The notes below the pieces were generated by a model. It worked only from the letters and a program-made list of their open reading frames with translations, was not told the DNA's origin and did not search any database. This document shows positions 12,451-24,862 of a stretch of 62,685 nucleotides of DNA, in pieces. Origin of the DNA: Chiloscyllium plagiosum (lineage: Eukaryota); NCBI RefSeq assembly GCF_004010195.1, contig NC_057754.1, positions 2,884,459-2,947,143 on the forward strand. Reading direction: 5' to 3'. Position numbers and translations under genes: made by a program. The number at the start of each line of letters is the position of its first letter. The stretch's first letter is position 1.

Positions 12451-12939
12451 TATCTTCCTCATGTGGAGGGGACAGAGTTGGTGATTAGAGCTCGAGAGGG
12501 GGAGACAGGATCTGTGATTGGAGGAGCTTGAGGGGGAGACAGGGGAAGGGTCGGGGGAGAGAGGATCAGTGAATTGAGGTACTGCCTCCCGATTTTCCCC
12601 TGACTGGCCATCCCTCCAATTATTTTTACAGGACATTTTGCAATCAAGAGTGGATTTGCCCAAGTGCATCTTGATTGTTGGTGCTAAACCACAGAGAGAT
12701 GTGGCACTTGCTGAAATCTCAGCTAAGTAGCCATCACTCCAGAGTCCAGACCATAGGAGGTTGCTGGTCACACCTGAATTTGTCTGTGATTTCTCACCAG
12801 CTCAGGGATCATGAAGCCAGACACATGCCTGCATGCAGTGAGCAGGGATCTGGGGGCCGGGGCTGAACAGACAGCTGCCACCCTTCATGTGGAACCTGAC
12901 CGTTTGCTGGTGAGGGCCGAGCTCCGGGATTTCACTCAC

Positions 12940-13082
12940 CTGTTTGTTGTATTGCATGATTCCAAGCGTAGGGAAGACCCATGTGCTGGCTGGGGGGATG
13001 ATGTCACTGTCTGCAAAGCTAACCCACTGGAGAACCTGGGCTGCTTCTTCCTTCGTCACCCCTCGGAGGGCATCGTTCGCAA
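12940..13082 (-). CDS. EEF1G: Elongation factor 1-gamma, coding exon (exon 4 equivalent)
   Basis: (V)[47 protein letters not shown]. 143 nt, cag acceptor, gtgag donor, phase fits the previous exon. Confidence 0.97.
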
Positions 13083-13611
13083 CTGAGGTGGGGGAATGGA
13101 AACAGTCAGTGGTTCCCAAAGTTGGGAATTACTAACACGTACTTACACTTACAGCAAAACCCTCCACGCAACCGCCTCCAAACCCCTATCTTCTTCATTC
13201 CTGCCCATGGCCCTATCCTTGTAGTCATTTCTCGCTATTCAGATTTCCCCTTAAACATATTGACACAATTCACCTCAACCATTCCCTGTAAGAGCATCTT
13301 CCACATTCTCTCCACACATTTCTTCTGAATTCTCAATCTGAGTGCTCAGTTCTAAGATGGAGTTATTCTTCAATAATTAACTATCTAGATTTGAATGAGC
13401 AAATGGGGAACTAAATTATATCCCATTTGATTACAGTTAGTTTTGAAAGCACCTTCTTTAGAAGGAACAGTGCAGATTATAAGACAGATGACATGTTTAT
13501 GATTGGCAATGGCTTAGGTTAACAGAAACACAGGAACAAGAAAAACACTTCCACTCAAGGACACCACTCACTTTAAAATGGTTTACTTCTTTAACAAAAA
13601 GCAGCATACTG

Positions 13612-14182
13612 GTTATGGTGGATTGACCATGCTAAATTGTCCCATAGTGTCCAGGGATGTGCAGGTTAGGATGGATTGGCCATGCTAAATTGCCCCATAG
13701 TGCCCAGGGATGTGCGGGTTAGGGTGGATTGGCCGTGCTAAATTCTCATAATGCCCAGGGATGTGCAGGTTAGGGTGGATTGGCCGTGCTAAGTTGTCGC
13801 ATAGTGCCCAGGGATGTACAGGTTAGGGTGGATTGGCCGTGCTAAATTGTCCCATAGTGTCCAGGGATGTGCAGGTTAGGGCGGATTGGCCGTGCTAAAT
13901 TGTCGCATAGTGCCCAGGGATATGCAGGTGGATTGGCCGTGCTATATTGTCCCACAGTGTTCAGGGATGTGCAGGTTAGGGTGGGTTGGCCGTGGGAAAT
14001 TGTCCCATAGTGCCCAGGAATGTCCAGGTTAGGGTGGATTGACCGTGCTAAATTGCCCATAGTGTTCAGGGATGTGTAGATTGGATGTATTAGCCTGGGA
14101 TAAACAGGGGCTGAGTCTGGGTGGGTTACTCTTCAGAGGATCGATGTGGACTTGTGCCTGTTTCCACTCTGTAGGGAGTCTA
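13612..14182 (+). repeat. 53 bp tandem array derived from the HE1 SINE body, ending in the SINE 3' part
   Basis: GCTAAATTGTCCCATAGTGTCCAGGGATGTGCAGGTTAGGGTGGATTGGCCGT about 9 times. The same sequence occurs inside the SINE copies elsewhere in the window. Confidence 0.92.
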
Positions 14183-14597
14183 AAACATGCAACATGTTTA
14201 TTTTGAGCTTGATTTGGTTTTAGATATTGACAGTTGTTGTGGAGTCACACAGGGTTTATTTAAATATAACATATCAATAGGCTTTGGAGAACACGCAACG
14301 GGGGTGGACCGTAGCAAGTGACTGGCTTATCTAAGAACGAATCAGGAGACAATACAAAGAGACACTGTGATTTGCTACTAAAGGAACCAACCAGTTACAG
14401 ACAAACATCACACCAGCCAATCCACAATTGGTAGTCAACTTCTCAAGCCTGAATAAGCCAATCAGAATTCAGGTTGTCTCAGCATGGTCCAAGCAGGGAG
14501 GCGAGGGAGGGATGGACTGGCTAGCACAGGCTAACACCTGGTGACTCAATGCATAAGGAAGGAGATGGATCTAAACCCATAAGGTCGACCAGTTCAG

Positions 14598-14848
14598 CGC
14601 GGTGTGCACGTACTGCCTCTCCTGTTACCATATTTCAGAACGGAACCCCACTTTTGGAGGGTTCCTTGTTTCAGACATTTGACGTCCATTCCCCTTGAGA
14701 GGTGCAGCGGACTCTGCATCCATCACCACCTGTGCTGAAACATTTCAACAACGTATACCATGCAGAGGCGCGTTTTCCTGTCCTGTCTTCCTGGTTATTT
14801 TCCACTGATGCCTCCTTTAGGCTTCTGAACCAGAGGAGACAAGCGCGA
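14598..14848 (-). ncRNA. Candidate structured intronic RNA (H/ACA-like, three hairpins) in EEF1G intron 3
   Basis: Three consecutive stems, ACAGGA (ANANNA) after hairpin 1 and ACA after hairpin 3. No family recognised. Confidence 0.3.
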
Positions 14849-15215
14849 TTGTAAAACAGAAAAACACCAATTTAAAATCAACAAATTCAAATACAGGGCC
14901 AGGGACCAGGAAGCTGCCGCGAACGTACGTTTCCCACTGAAATCAATGGGTTCGGGCTTGAGGTAGGACTTGGAACAGAACCTCTGTAGGTATTTTGAGC
15001 CGGGGAGGGGGGAGAAGAGGAGGAGGACTACTGTAAATAGTTGTGATCTGAGATGCATTGCCTGATAAAATGACGGTTACTGATTCAGTAGGAACTTGCA
15101 AAGGTCTGGATGGGGAAAACGTGCGGGGGAAGGAGACAGGACTGACTGGAGAGCACTATCTCTACGGACTTACTCTCACAGTTAACCCACTTCAACATCT
15201 CCAATGTCACCTTAC

Positions 15216-15279
15216 CATAGTAAGCGATGGCATTGCTCTCGAAGATGCAGAATCCATCATCACCTTCAAAAGCTGGAAC
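15216..15279 (-). CDS. EEF1G: Elongation factor 1-gamma, coding exon (human exon 3 equivalent)
   Basis: Reverse strand reads ttccag|GTTCCAGCTTTTGAAGGT...GCTTACTATG|gtaag = VPAFEGDDGFCIFESNAIAYY(V), the GST-N part of EF1-gamma. 64 nt, canonical AG/GT. Confidence 0.96.
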
Positions 15280-15569
15280 CTGGAACAGAGGGCAACGACA
15301 GACTGAACAACGTAAGGAGCAGTTAGTGGCGCTAGGTCAGGATGCTAACACCAGGCAGGAACGCTTTCTTCTCACCCCCCCCCACCTCCGCTCCAAACAA
15401 GGCCCTGTCATTTATGAGGAGCATCAGCTCGGACAGCAGCCATACTGCAATCTCTTCATCCCACACAACTTTCTGAGTGGATTGTCCAGTTTATCAGTCA
15501 GCCATGAAACCAAATTCAGGAATAGGAAGTGAGGAGAGTGGAACTTAGGTAGAAGGTCAGTCACGATAG

Positions 15570-16460
15570 AATCAGAGATTTACAGCATGGAAAGAGGCCC
15601 TTTGGTTTTTTCATCAAGTACCTATCTACTCTAGTCCCATTTCTCAAAACTTAACCTGTAAGTCTACATGCAATGGTATTGTGGTATTCACCCAAATGGC
15701 CACCATGGGATGTGATGATTCCAGCAATTACCACCTTTTCAGACAGAGTTCCAAACACCTACCGCACTCTGGGGGATAAAAAAACTCTTAAATCAATTCC
15801 CACTGACACTGAGCCCACTAAGAGAGAAGGTTTCTTTCAACTATATCTCAAGCAGGCCAAACTATCTAGTCGCTCTTCAGAGCTGAAAAGATCCACGTAG
15901 GTAACATTCTGGTGAATCATCTCTGCACCTTCCTATAGCAATGTGGTCAGAATTAGATGCAGTACTCCAGCCTAACCAATGTCTTATACAGATCCATCAT
16001 AACCACCCTGCTCCTGTATTCAATGCATTCTTAACCACTTACATTTCCTACAGTGCTCCCATTCATCGTGTACTCTCAGTGTGTTAGTCCTTCCAAAAAG
16101 CACTACCTCACACCTCTCCCTGATTAAATTCTATTCACCAATGTTCATCTGACCAGCCTGTATACATTGTCCCACAGACTAAAACTTTCTTCCTCACTAT
16201 CCAACCCAGGCCACTGGTGAACTTACTGCGCAAACATCCTACATACATTCATGTCTCGATCATTGATGCATACAGCAAACAGCAATGGGACCAAGACTGA
16301 ACACCTACAGTAGGAGAGTGGACACAGGCTTCCAATCACAAGAATAACCTCTGACCATCACCCCCTGCCTACGGCCACTAAGCCAACTCTGGATCCAACT
16401 TTCCCAACTGACTTGAATCCCACAGGCTCTTACTGTGCGATCAGCCTCCCATGCGACCCA
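15570..16460 (-). mobile_element. Old degenerate CR1 LINE fragments
   Basis: Tail-like atagaatcagagatttacagcatggaaagaggcccttt followed by decayed reverse ORF2-like sequence. Confidence 0.6.
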
Positions 16461-17091
16461 GACTGTACCCAGCCACCTCAACGAGGGCTTTCAATTACTT
16501 TGCTGATAAGCCCCAAAGTTCACCTGCTGTTGATCCCAACAAGAGCACGGCACAAATTCACTGTGACCTTAACAACCAGACCACAGCAAATCCTTTCAAA
16601 GCTGCAGGTTACACACTGCACCTTCGAGAAGGTGTTAGAGTCTTCAAAGCAGCATTCTTACAAAGAACTTGACAAGTCACATAAGGATATTCGATGGGTG
16701 ACTGATAACTGGGTTAAAGGTTGGCATTGCTGAATGGATCAATTTCTAAGAGTTCTAGCAACTCAAAACCAGGCATCCACAAAGTGCCATGGGCAATAAC
16801 TGCATGGCTCATCACAACCTCTACTCTACCATGAGCACTACGCTGAGAAATCAGCTCAAAGAAGAGTATAGGAGGGCATTCTCAGAGCAGCACCTAAAAG
16901 GGAGGTGTCAACGTAGGACTACTTGCGTGATCAGTGGAAGCAGCACACCATCAAAAGAGCCAAGTGATCCCACAATTAATGAATCAATTCTAAGCTCTAC
17001 ACTTGTTCGTCCTGGGATCACCCAGGAGAGCAGATGGGGACTGCACCCAGTTTAACTGTAAGACTGCATCACCAACAGTGTGGCATTCTCT

Positions 17092-17287
17092 CAAATAAAA
17101 GCAATATATTGCCAGATGCTGGAAATCTGAAACAAAAACAGAAAATGTTGGAGGAACTCAACTGCTCTGGCAGCATCTGTGGAGAGTGAAACTGAGTCCA
17201 AGATGACTCTTTGAGAAGTGCTGTGTTTCTCTCCTCCACAGATGCTGTCAGGCCTGCTGAGACTCTCTAGCATTTTGTTTTTATTTA
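17092..17287. mobile_element. Fold-back non-autonomous element (PLE-tail type)
   Basis: Inverted arms gcagcatctgtggagag / ctcctccacagatgctgtc and the shared gatgctggaaatctgaaacaaaaacagaaaatg terminus. Confidence 0.65.
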
Positions 17288-17357
17288 TGGCACATCCACA
17301 ACACTGCGACCCAATGTGTCAGACGTGTTGATGGACTGATGTCAGTTAAACTCAGAT

Positions 17358-17681
17358 ATGGTGGCTCAGTGGTTAGCACTGCTGCCTCACAGCGTCAGGG
17401 ACCCAGGTTCAATTTCAGCTTCGGGTAACCATGGGGAGTTTGCACATTCTCCCCGTGTCTGCGTGGGTTTCCTCCTACAATCCAAAGATGTGCAGGTTAG
17501 GTGAAGTGGCCATGTTAAATTGCCCATAATGTTTTTGGATGTGTAGGCTAGGTGCATTAGTCAGGGGAAATGTAGAGTAATAGGGCAAGGGAGTGGGTCT
17601 GGGTGGGATACTCTTCAGAGGGTCAGTGTGGACCTGTTGGGCCAAATGGCCTGTTTCCACAATGTAAGGATTCTATTCTAT
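17358..17681 (+). mobile_element. HE1-type V-SINE
   Basis: A/B box head, V-core GGAGTTTGCACATTCTCCCCGTGTCTGCGTGGGTTTCC, tail ggcctgtttccac...ttctattcta. Confidence 0.9.
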
Positions 17682-18159
17682 ACCCTGAGGTGCTTCAAGT
17701 CTGTCAGCAAATCTGGGAAACTTGGAAAAGAATCTCTCTCCCACAGTGAGGGATATCACACAACACAATCAACAAGATAGATCAACAGGAATTAGGCAAT
17801 TTTAAAAATGAAATATCCTGGATAAAATGAGAGGCAGGTCAGCATCAGAACTTGAGTACAAGTCTCTCAGATTTAAACTGTCCACAATACTGCACTCTCC
17901 CAATATTACACTGGTGTGATAGCCATGAAATCGGAACTGGGCGTGAAATAGGGAAATATTTTTAGAGACCTGGAAGATGTTTTCTAATCAACCTGTTTGG
18001 AAAGGTTATTACACAACTCTGGAGTAGATCAAACCTAATCTGAGCCTCCTGACTCAGATATGCGCCCTAAAAGACCCGGTCTTACAATACAAACTCTATG
18101 CAAACACCTGAAAAGGGGGCTGGGGGCAAACTGACACTGAATGGATACGGTTTACGAGA

Positions 18160-18725
18160 GCACCAGACCATCAAGTCCCTTGAACCTGCTCCACCACTCA
18201 ATACGATCCACGCCCGATCTTCTTGTGGACACAGCTCCACCTTGCCTGCCCACTCATAACCCTGGAGTACCTTTCGGGCAAAAAGGCCGAATATATTCAA
18301 GGCTGTGATGAACACTGACCCAGACTCCATTGCTTCCTGGGGAAGAAAGTTCCAAAGTCAGAGGAAATTCCCTCACCTCCATCATAAAAAGAGCAGCCCC
18401 AAAGTGTGAAACTGTGTCCTCTTCATTCCCATTCCCGAAAGGGGAAACATCCTCTCAGCATCCCACCCCACCAAACACACCTCTCAAACTTGTGCGTCTC
18501 AACAAGATCACCTCACATTCTTTCACACTACGAGTACCACCAACCTACTGAACGTTTCTGTCAGCCCAGGAACGAGCAAAATGAATATTCGTTGAACTGC
18601 ACCCAATGCAATTACATCCCTCCTTAAGAAATGAGACCAAAACTATATGGTAGACTGTAGTTTCAGGCTTGTACAGCCGCGGTAAGACTTCCACACCTAT
18701 ATTCCACCCCCTCGATAAAGGGCAA
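18160..18725 (-). mobile_element. Degenerate CR1 LINE 3' fragment
   Basis: Reverse-oriented CR1 3' end (gaacctgctccaccactcaat...aatatattcaaggc) similar to the end of the 7085-9776 copy. Confidence 0.6.
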
Positions 18726-19482
18726 ATGGGGGTTAAGGTTCAGATTGGCCACTGAATAATGACAGAATAGACCCAATGGTACCTGCTGTACAAACCAGAG
18801 GGTTCTGACTCTGGGGGGTGTGTGTGCTGCTCAGGCTGCACACCCAGAGTCATCCATCTGCCACATTAATGACTAGGTTAAATCCACATTCACGCTGGGA
18901 CGTGAGCACCACATGTTGCGGATACCAACAGGATGTCTTGATCCAGCAGCAAGCATCAAGGATAACCCCTGTTCCTCAGCCTGGCAGAACCCGATCAGGG
19001 CAAGTGCACTTGATGTCAGACAATCTGACTCTGCACCCCAACAACCAAAGTGAGAGACCGGAATAATTCAGGATTGGTGTAGTGGCAAGGGTACATGTTA
19101 GAATCACTGCAAAATGGGGTAAAGGAGTGTAACATTAGCAAACTTCACATGTCTTCAAAACCAATACGGAGAAGGATGAGGGAGAACATATAAATGGGAA
19201 CACCTCCCCTCCAAGATACACTACAATAACCCAGAAACATATCGGCTGTTCCTTCAAGATCCTGGAACTCTCTTCCTAAGATCACAAGTGTCTCGACACC
19301 ACACGGACAGCAGCAGTCCATGACAGTTCACCGTTACCTTCGCCAGGGTCAATTAAGATAACAAAGAGAGTGTCAGGGACATAAAAGACGAGTTGAAGGA
19401 AAGCAATAGAGACAGACAGCCCCACCCCCTCACCCCAACAATCTCTCTGTAGCAGGGCAGAATATACCAATTCACAACAATC

Positions 19483-19960
19483 TTGTTACAGCTGTACAAG
19501 ACATTGGAGAGGCCTTTTTTGGAGTACCACACGCAGTTTGGGTCACGCTACTATAGAGAAGACATTATTAAACTAGAAAGAGTGCAGAAAAAATTTACTA
19601 AGATGCTACCTGGCTGGGAAGATTTGAATTACAAAGAGAGGCTGGATAGAGTCGAGATGGTTTTCCCTAGAGACTGAGGGGGTGACCTGAGAGAGATCAG
19701 TTGAGGTATGGATAAGGTAGATAGCCACCAGCTTTTCCCCATGACAGGGGAGTCTAAAACTAGAGGGCATGAGCTTAAGGCCATACACAAAAGGGCCTAG
19801 AGGGGCAATTTCGACGAGTACATGGATGGTACAGGATAGGTTGGAGGAATACGAACTAAACGCATGCAAATGGGACTAGATTAATTGTGAAAACTGAGCA
19901 GCATGGGCCAGCTGGGCTGAAGGGCCTGGTGTCATGCTGTAAATCTCTATGACTCTATGA
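19483..19960 (+). mobile_element. CR1/HER1 LINE 3' fragment
   Basis: LQLYKTLERPFLEYHTQFGS...KLERVQKKFTKMLPG, with the tail ctctatgactctatga. Confidence 0.88.
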
Positions 19961-20174
19961 TCCAGAGGTGGTAGGGTTTCCTCAGTGATGGTAAAGTGAC
20001 TTATTATCCATTCATGGATTGTAGTTTACTCATGCCTTCCACCAACCCCCATCCACTCTTTTCAATACATTCCTCTTTAAGAGTGAGATTTGGAGAGCTA
20101 TAACTGATAGAGGGAGGGCGGAGAGCAAAAGGTGCAGAGGGTCCGGGGGGGTGGTGGTGTGACGGCGAGTGGCC

Positions 20175-20674
20175 NNNNNNNNNNNNNNNNNNNNNNNNNN
20201 NNNNNNNNNNNNNNNNNNNNNNNNNNNNNNNNNNNNNNNNNNNNNNNNNNNNNNNNNNNNNNNNNNNNNNNNNNNNNNNNNNNNNNNNNNNNNNNNNNNN
20301 NNNNNNNNNNNNNNNNNNNNNNNNNNNNNNNNNNNNNNNNNNNNNNNNNNNNNNNNNNNNNNNNNNNNNNNNNNNNNNNNNNNNNNNNNNNNNNNNNNNN
20401 NNNNNNNNNNNNNNNNNNNNNNNNNNNNNNNNNNNNNNNNNNNNNNNNNNNNNNNNNNNNNNNNNNNNNNNNNNNNNNNNNNNNNNNNNNNNNNNNNNNN
20501 NNNNNNNNNNNNNNNNNNNNNNNNNNNNNNNNNNNNNNNNNNNNNNNNNNNNNNNNNNNNNNNNNNNNNNNNNNNNNNNNNNNNNNNNNNNNNNNNNNNN
20601 NNNNNNNNNNNNNNNNNNNNNNNNNNNNNNNNNNNNNNNNNNNNNNNNNNNNNNNNNNNNNNNNNNNNNNNNNN
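20175..20674. other. Assembly gap, exactly 500 N (probable placeholder)
   Basis: A second gap of exactly 500 N lies at 60436-60935. Smaller gaps at 8698-8765 and 57101-57163. Confidence 0.95.
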
Positions 20675-23347
20675 ATCAGGAACCTTGACCTTGGGCAATG
20701 ATATGGAAGGCATTGACACTTTGAAACCACTTCCTTTGGCATCAGGTCCCTGAATATCAACTTTAGGACCTTTGAGGTCACCCTCGAGATTAACATCTGG
20801 GACATCGACATCTGCTGTGGCCTTTGGGCCCTTGAATTTCAAATTCCAATCTGGCTTTTCAAACTTGGGTCCTGATATATTGAAATCTGGCATTTTAAGT
20901 TTTGGGCCTTTGATTTTACCAGAGCCTCCACCAACATCTAGATCTACGTCAGGTACATCAATATCACCTTCTATCTTTGGACCAGTTAGACTGACATCTG
21001 CAGCTGGAAGATTTGCATCAATAGTGACATTGGGGCCCTCTAGTTTCCCTCCACTCATTCCAAAAGTGGGCTTTTTAAATTTAGGGATGTGAAACGATTC
21101 ACTGGAACCCTTAATATCAACCCTAGGAACATCTATATCTGCCTTGGGTCCTTTGATGTCACCCTTAACCGTTGCAGAGGGAAGGTCAATATCATGGTCA
21201 GCTTTCACCTCTGGACCTTTTAGACCAAACTTGCGTCCTGATATATTGAAATCTGGCATTGTAATTTTTGGGCTTTTGATTTTACCAGAGCCTCCACCAA
21301 CCTCAAGATCCACGTCAGGTGTATCAATCTTACCTTCTATGTTTGGTCCAGTTAGACTGAAATTTGCAGCTGGAAGATTTGCATCAATATTCACATCGGG
21401 GCCCTCTACCTTACCGCCATCGCGTCCAAACCTGGGCATTTTGAATTTGGGCATATGGAGCGATCCACTGGGACCCTTAATGTCAGCCTCAGGAACATCT
21501 ATATCCACCTTGGGTCCTTTAATGTGACCCTGAACATTTGCAGAGGGAAGGTCAATATCATGGTCAGCTTTCACCCCTGGTCCTTTAAGACTCAAGTCAA
21601 TGCCCCGACTGCTTACTTTGTGTAAACCTACAGCAGGTATCGAAAATGTAAGGTCACTACTTTTGGTATGAGGTCCCTCAATATCAACTTTAGGCCCTTC
21701 AATATTCACATCTGGGCCTTTTAGATCACCCTCTAGCTTAACAGAAGTGGCATCAACATCTGCTGTGCTTTTTGGGCCTATGAATTTCAGATTGATATCA
21801 GGCTTTTCGATCTTTGGTCCTGAGATGCTTAAATCTGGCATCTTTAAATCGGGACCTTTGATTTTAGCTGACCCTCCTCTGACATTTAAATCCACATCAG
21901 GTACACAAATGTCATCTTCTATCTTTGGTCCCTTTGAATTAGCATTTGTACTGTGCCATCTAATGTCAGTGTCTGGTATATCTGGTTTTATATCTAGTTT
22001 GAGTTCTTTGATCTCTCCCTTTATATTTGCTGAGGGGAGATCAGTACCATGGTCACCCTTTCCTATTGAGCCTTTAAGATTTAAGTCAATGTCTGCAGGT
22101 TTTACAGTGGGCAGATTCATAGAAGGCACTGAAAACTTAAGCCCCCTTTCCTTGATGTCAGGTTGCTTAATACCAACTTTTGAATCACTCGTATTCAGAT
22201 CTAGACCCTTGACGTCACCCTGTAGTTTGATGTCAGGTAATTCAACATTTGGACTTTTTTGCTCCAAGTAAATATCTGGCTTTGGTACCTTTGGCCCATA
22301 GATAGTGAATCCCGTCTTGTTAAGTGTAGGGCTTTTGATGCCACTCTCCAGTTTAATGTCAGGCACATCAACATTCACTGTTGCTTTTGCACATTTGCCT
22401 TCCAGGTTAAAATCAGGCTCACAAATTTTGTGTCTGATTCCTGGCAAGTTAAAATTCGAACTTTTGATTTCACTATCACCCCCTCCAACATTCATATCCA
22501 CTGCGGGTATTTCAACATCGCTTTCTATCCTTGGTCCAGATATTTTAATGTCTGCCTCTGGAACGTTCATACTGATATTCAGATCCGGTGCTTTTGTTTT
22601 TGTCTGCGTATTTGTATTTATATCTGACCCTGAAACACTGAAGTTTGGTGTCTTCGTTTTGATATTTAGTTTCCCGTCTTGTGTGTTCAAACTTGAACCA
22701 TCAAGCTGCATCCTTAACTTTTGACCATCAGTTCTTGGACCTTTTAAATTGTCACAGCTTCCAGATACATTAAGATCAGCATCAGTCTTTGGAGAAGCAA
22801 TTACTGTTTTTGCTCCAATTGTATTAATATCAATAACTGGATCTTTCACATTTGTCATTCCAGCTTTGCAGTCAAGATCAGATATTTGCACTGTTCTTCC
22901 ATATCGTCCTGCTATGTTGGCTTGTGGCATATGGAAAGTAGCTTGGCCGTATTCCATATCTGGTCCAGTTACCTCTACAACTTTTGTTTTCACAATGTGC
23001 ATTGTATGAGTGGTCCGTTGACAGTCTCCCGTTTGAAATTTCAGAACTTCAGTGTCTGGGAGATTAACATCTACGTCCATCTCTGATGTTTCCAGTTTTG
23101 GTCCTGATCTCTCAGTGGTGACTTGCTCATATCTTGGAACTTTTATTTTAAATTCTGGATTCTGGATGTCTGTGTCTGTCATGACTGTAGGACCAGAAGT
23201 ATGAATAGTACGTGTAATAACCTTTCTGGTGATATGTACATTGGAAGTTCGGTCGGCTTGATCTGGTGCCTCTGAGCCATCTTCTGACTTCAGGCGAGGC
23301 TTGATTTTTGTTCTGAAAATCCTCTGATAGTCTTCATCATCTCCACT
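20675..23347 (-). CDS. AHNAK: AHNAK giant exon, 5' portion (truncated by assembly gap)
   Basis: Acceptor ctctag| then SGDDEDYQRIFRTKIKPRLKSEDG...PEFKIKVPR (AHNAK1-type), followed by KGPK/MPKFKMP/DIDLP/DVDL repeats. Open frame up to the N-run at 20674. Confidence 0.95.
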
Positions 23348-24535
23348 CTAGAGGGAATATAAAATCTTGTGTCATATCGAACTTCATTTTTTTTATTAAA
23401 GTGGATTTGTCAGATTTCTATCCAGGACAGTTTCGTCCTAGTTTCAGGCTTGTGCAGACCTTGTCAGTCTCAGCTAGTGTGGCAGCATGAGACCTGGGGA
23501 GGAAATAAAATATCAACTAGAAAACCCACTCTTAATACCAGTGGCTCTGTTGGAAAGAGGTTGTGTGTGGACATTCAGTGAGGATAGGATCAAGCTTAGC
23601 TGTAATATATTCCTCTGTCCACAACTGAAATATTTTTGATTATACATGATGCACCTCTTCCAGTCAGTCCCTTCCCACCAGTAATAACTGCAGATGCAAT
23701 GTGAACCTTTTGGGGCTATCAGGAAATACGTTAGTTACTGTGCTTATTTGGGTGCTACTATGTTTTTTTTTAACTGGCAAAACTTCAAAAATTGTGCATG
23801 TGCAGAACTTTCCGTAAGCGCAATGTGAACCTTTTGGGTGTCAGGACACACAGCCCATGATAAATGAGTGATGTTTGGACAACCACAAGCTGCGGGTAGA
23901 GTTAGCTCCTTCAGAAGTGATGGAGAAGATTTAGAGAAATATGTGGTCAAGGATTAAAAGAAAAATATATTAAAGAGCTTATTAGTTGCCTCTGACACTG
24001 AAGTGACTTCACAATTGGGAGGGTCTAATTACAATGCAAAACATTTATATTAGCAGTTTCTATTAAAGTGAATATTGGAACTTATAATAAATGAATTTGA
24101 TGAGTTATGCATGGATTTTAGTGTGCTACGTGAAAGATGCAAGTAGTCCGTAATTTTGTTTCAACAAAGAGAGTTGAGTATTATTTTGTTATTTATAAAC
24201 ATAAATTTCTGCCACCTCAGGTGACGTAAATGTAGACGTGCATCTGACATATTCAACATTGAAACCTGACTGAAGAGTGCTTTTCATCAGTGCCTCAAGA
24301 GGGCAGCGTATGAGGCTGCAAAAACATGACCTCCTTTCATTTCCAATTCTTGGAGAAAACAAATTTTAGAAATGTTCAGGGTTTTGATACCATGAACAGC
24401 ATCCTCTGTTTCTTTTGGTTTCTCTACAATGTTGTCCTCTCCAGTTGTATTCTTGTCTGAGTGACCATCAGCTACCTTAATTAAGTAACCAGTTACTAAA
24501 CAGACATTTACATGAATAAGGTACAAATTAGGAGC

Positions 24536-24862
24536 TGGCATGGTACGGTGGGTCAGTAGTTAGCACTTCTGCCTCACAGGGCCAGACAGGTTCGATTCTA
24601 CCCTTGAGTGACTGTCTGTGTGGAGTTTGTACATTCTCCTATGTTTGCCTGGGTTTCCTTCGGGTGCTCTGATTTCCTCCCACAATTCAAAAATGTGCAG
24701 GTTAATTGCTGATGGTGTCCAGGGATGTGCAGGCTGGGAGAATTAGCCATGGGAAATGCAGGGTTGCAAGGATATGGTAGTGGTGTGGGTCTGCTTTTGG
24801 GACAGTTAGTGTGGACTTGAAGGACCAAATGGCCTGTTTCCACACTGCAGGGACTCTATGAG
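24536..24862 (+). mobile_element. HE1-type V-SINE
   Basis: tRNA-like head, V-core and the tail ggcctgtttccacactg. Confidence 0.88.

Noticed and set aside
12641..12740. Two adjacent hairpins in EEF1G intron 4 (CAATCAAGA/TCTTGATTG and GGC-ACTTG-CTGA/TCAG-CTAAGT-AGCC)
   Set aside because: No H box or terminal ACA at the expected positions on the sense strand, so it cannot be supported as a snoRNA.
20030..20174. C-terminal ATRRHTTTPPDP... tail of the 1050-aa ORF
   Set aside because: Artefact of translating through the N gap. The true exon also starts at the acceptor at 23347, not at the ATG at 23182.
20772..23086. Several plus-strand ORFs over AHNAK
   Set aside because: Antisense shadows of the repetitive coding exon.
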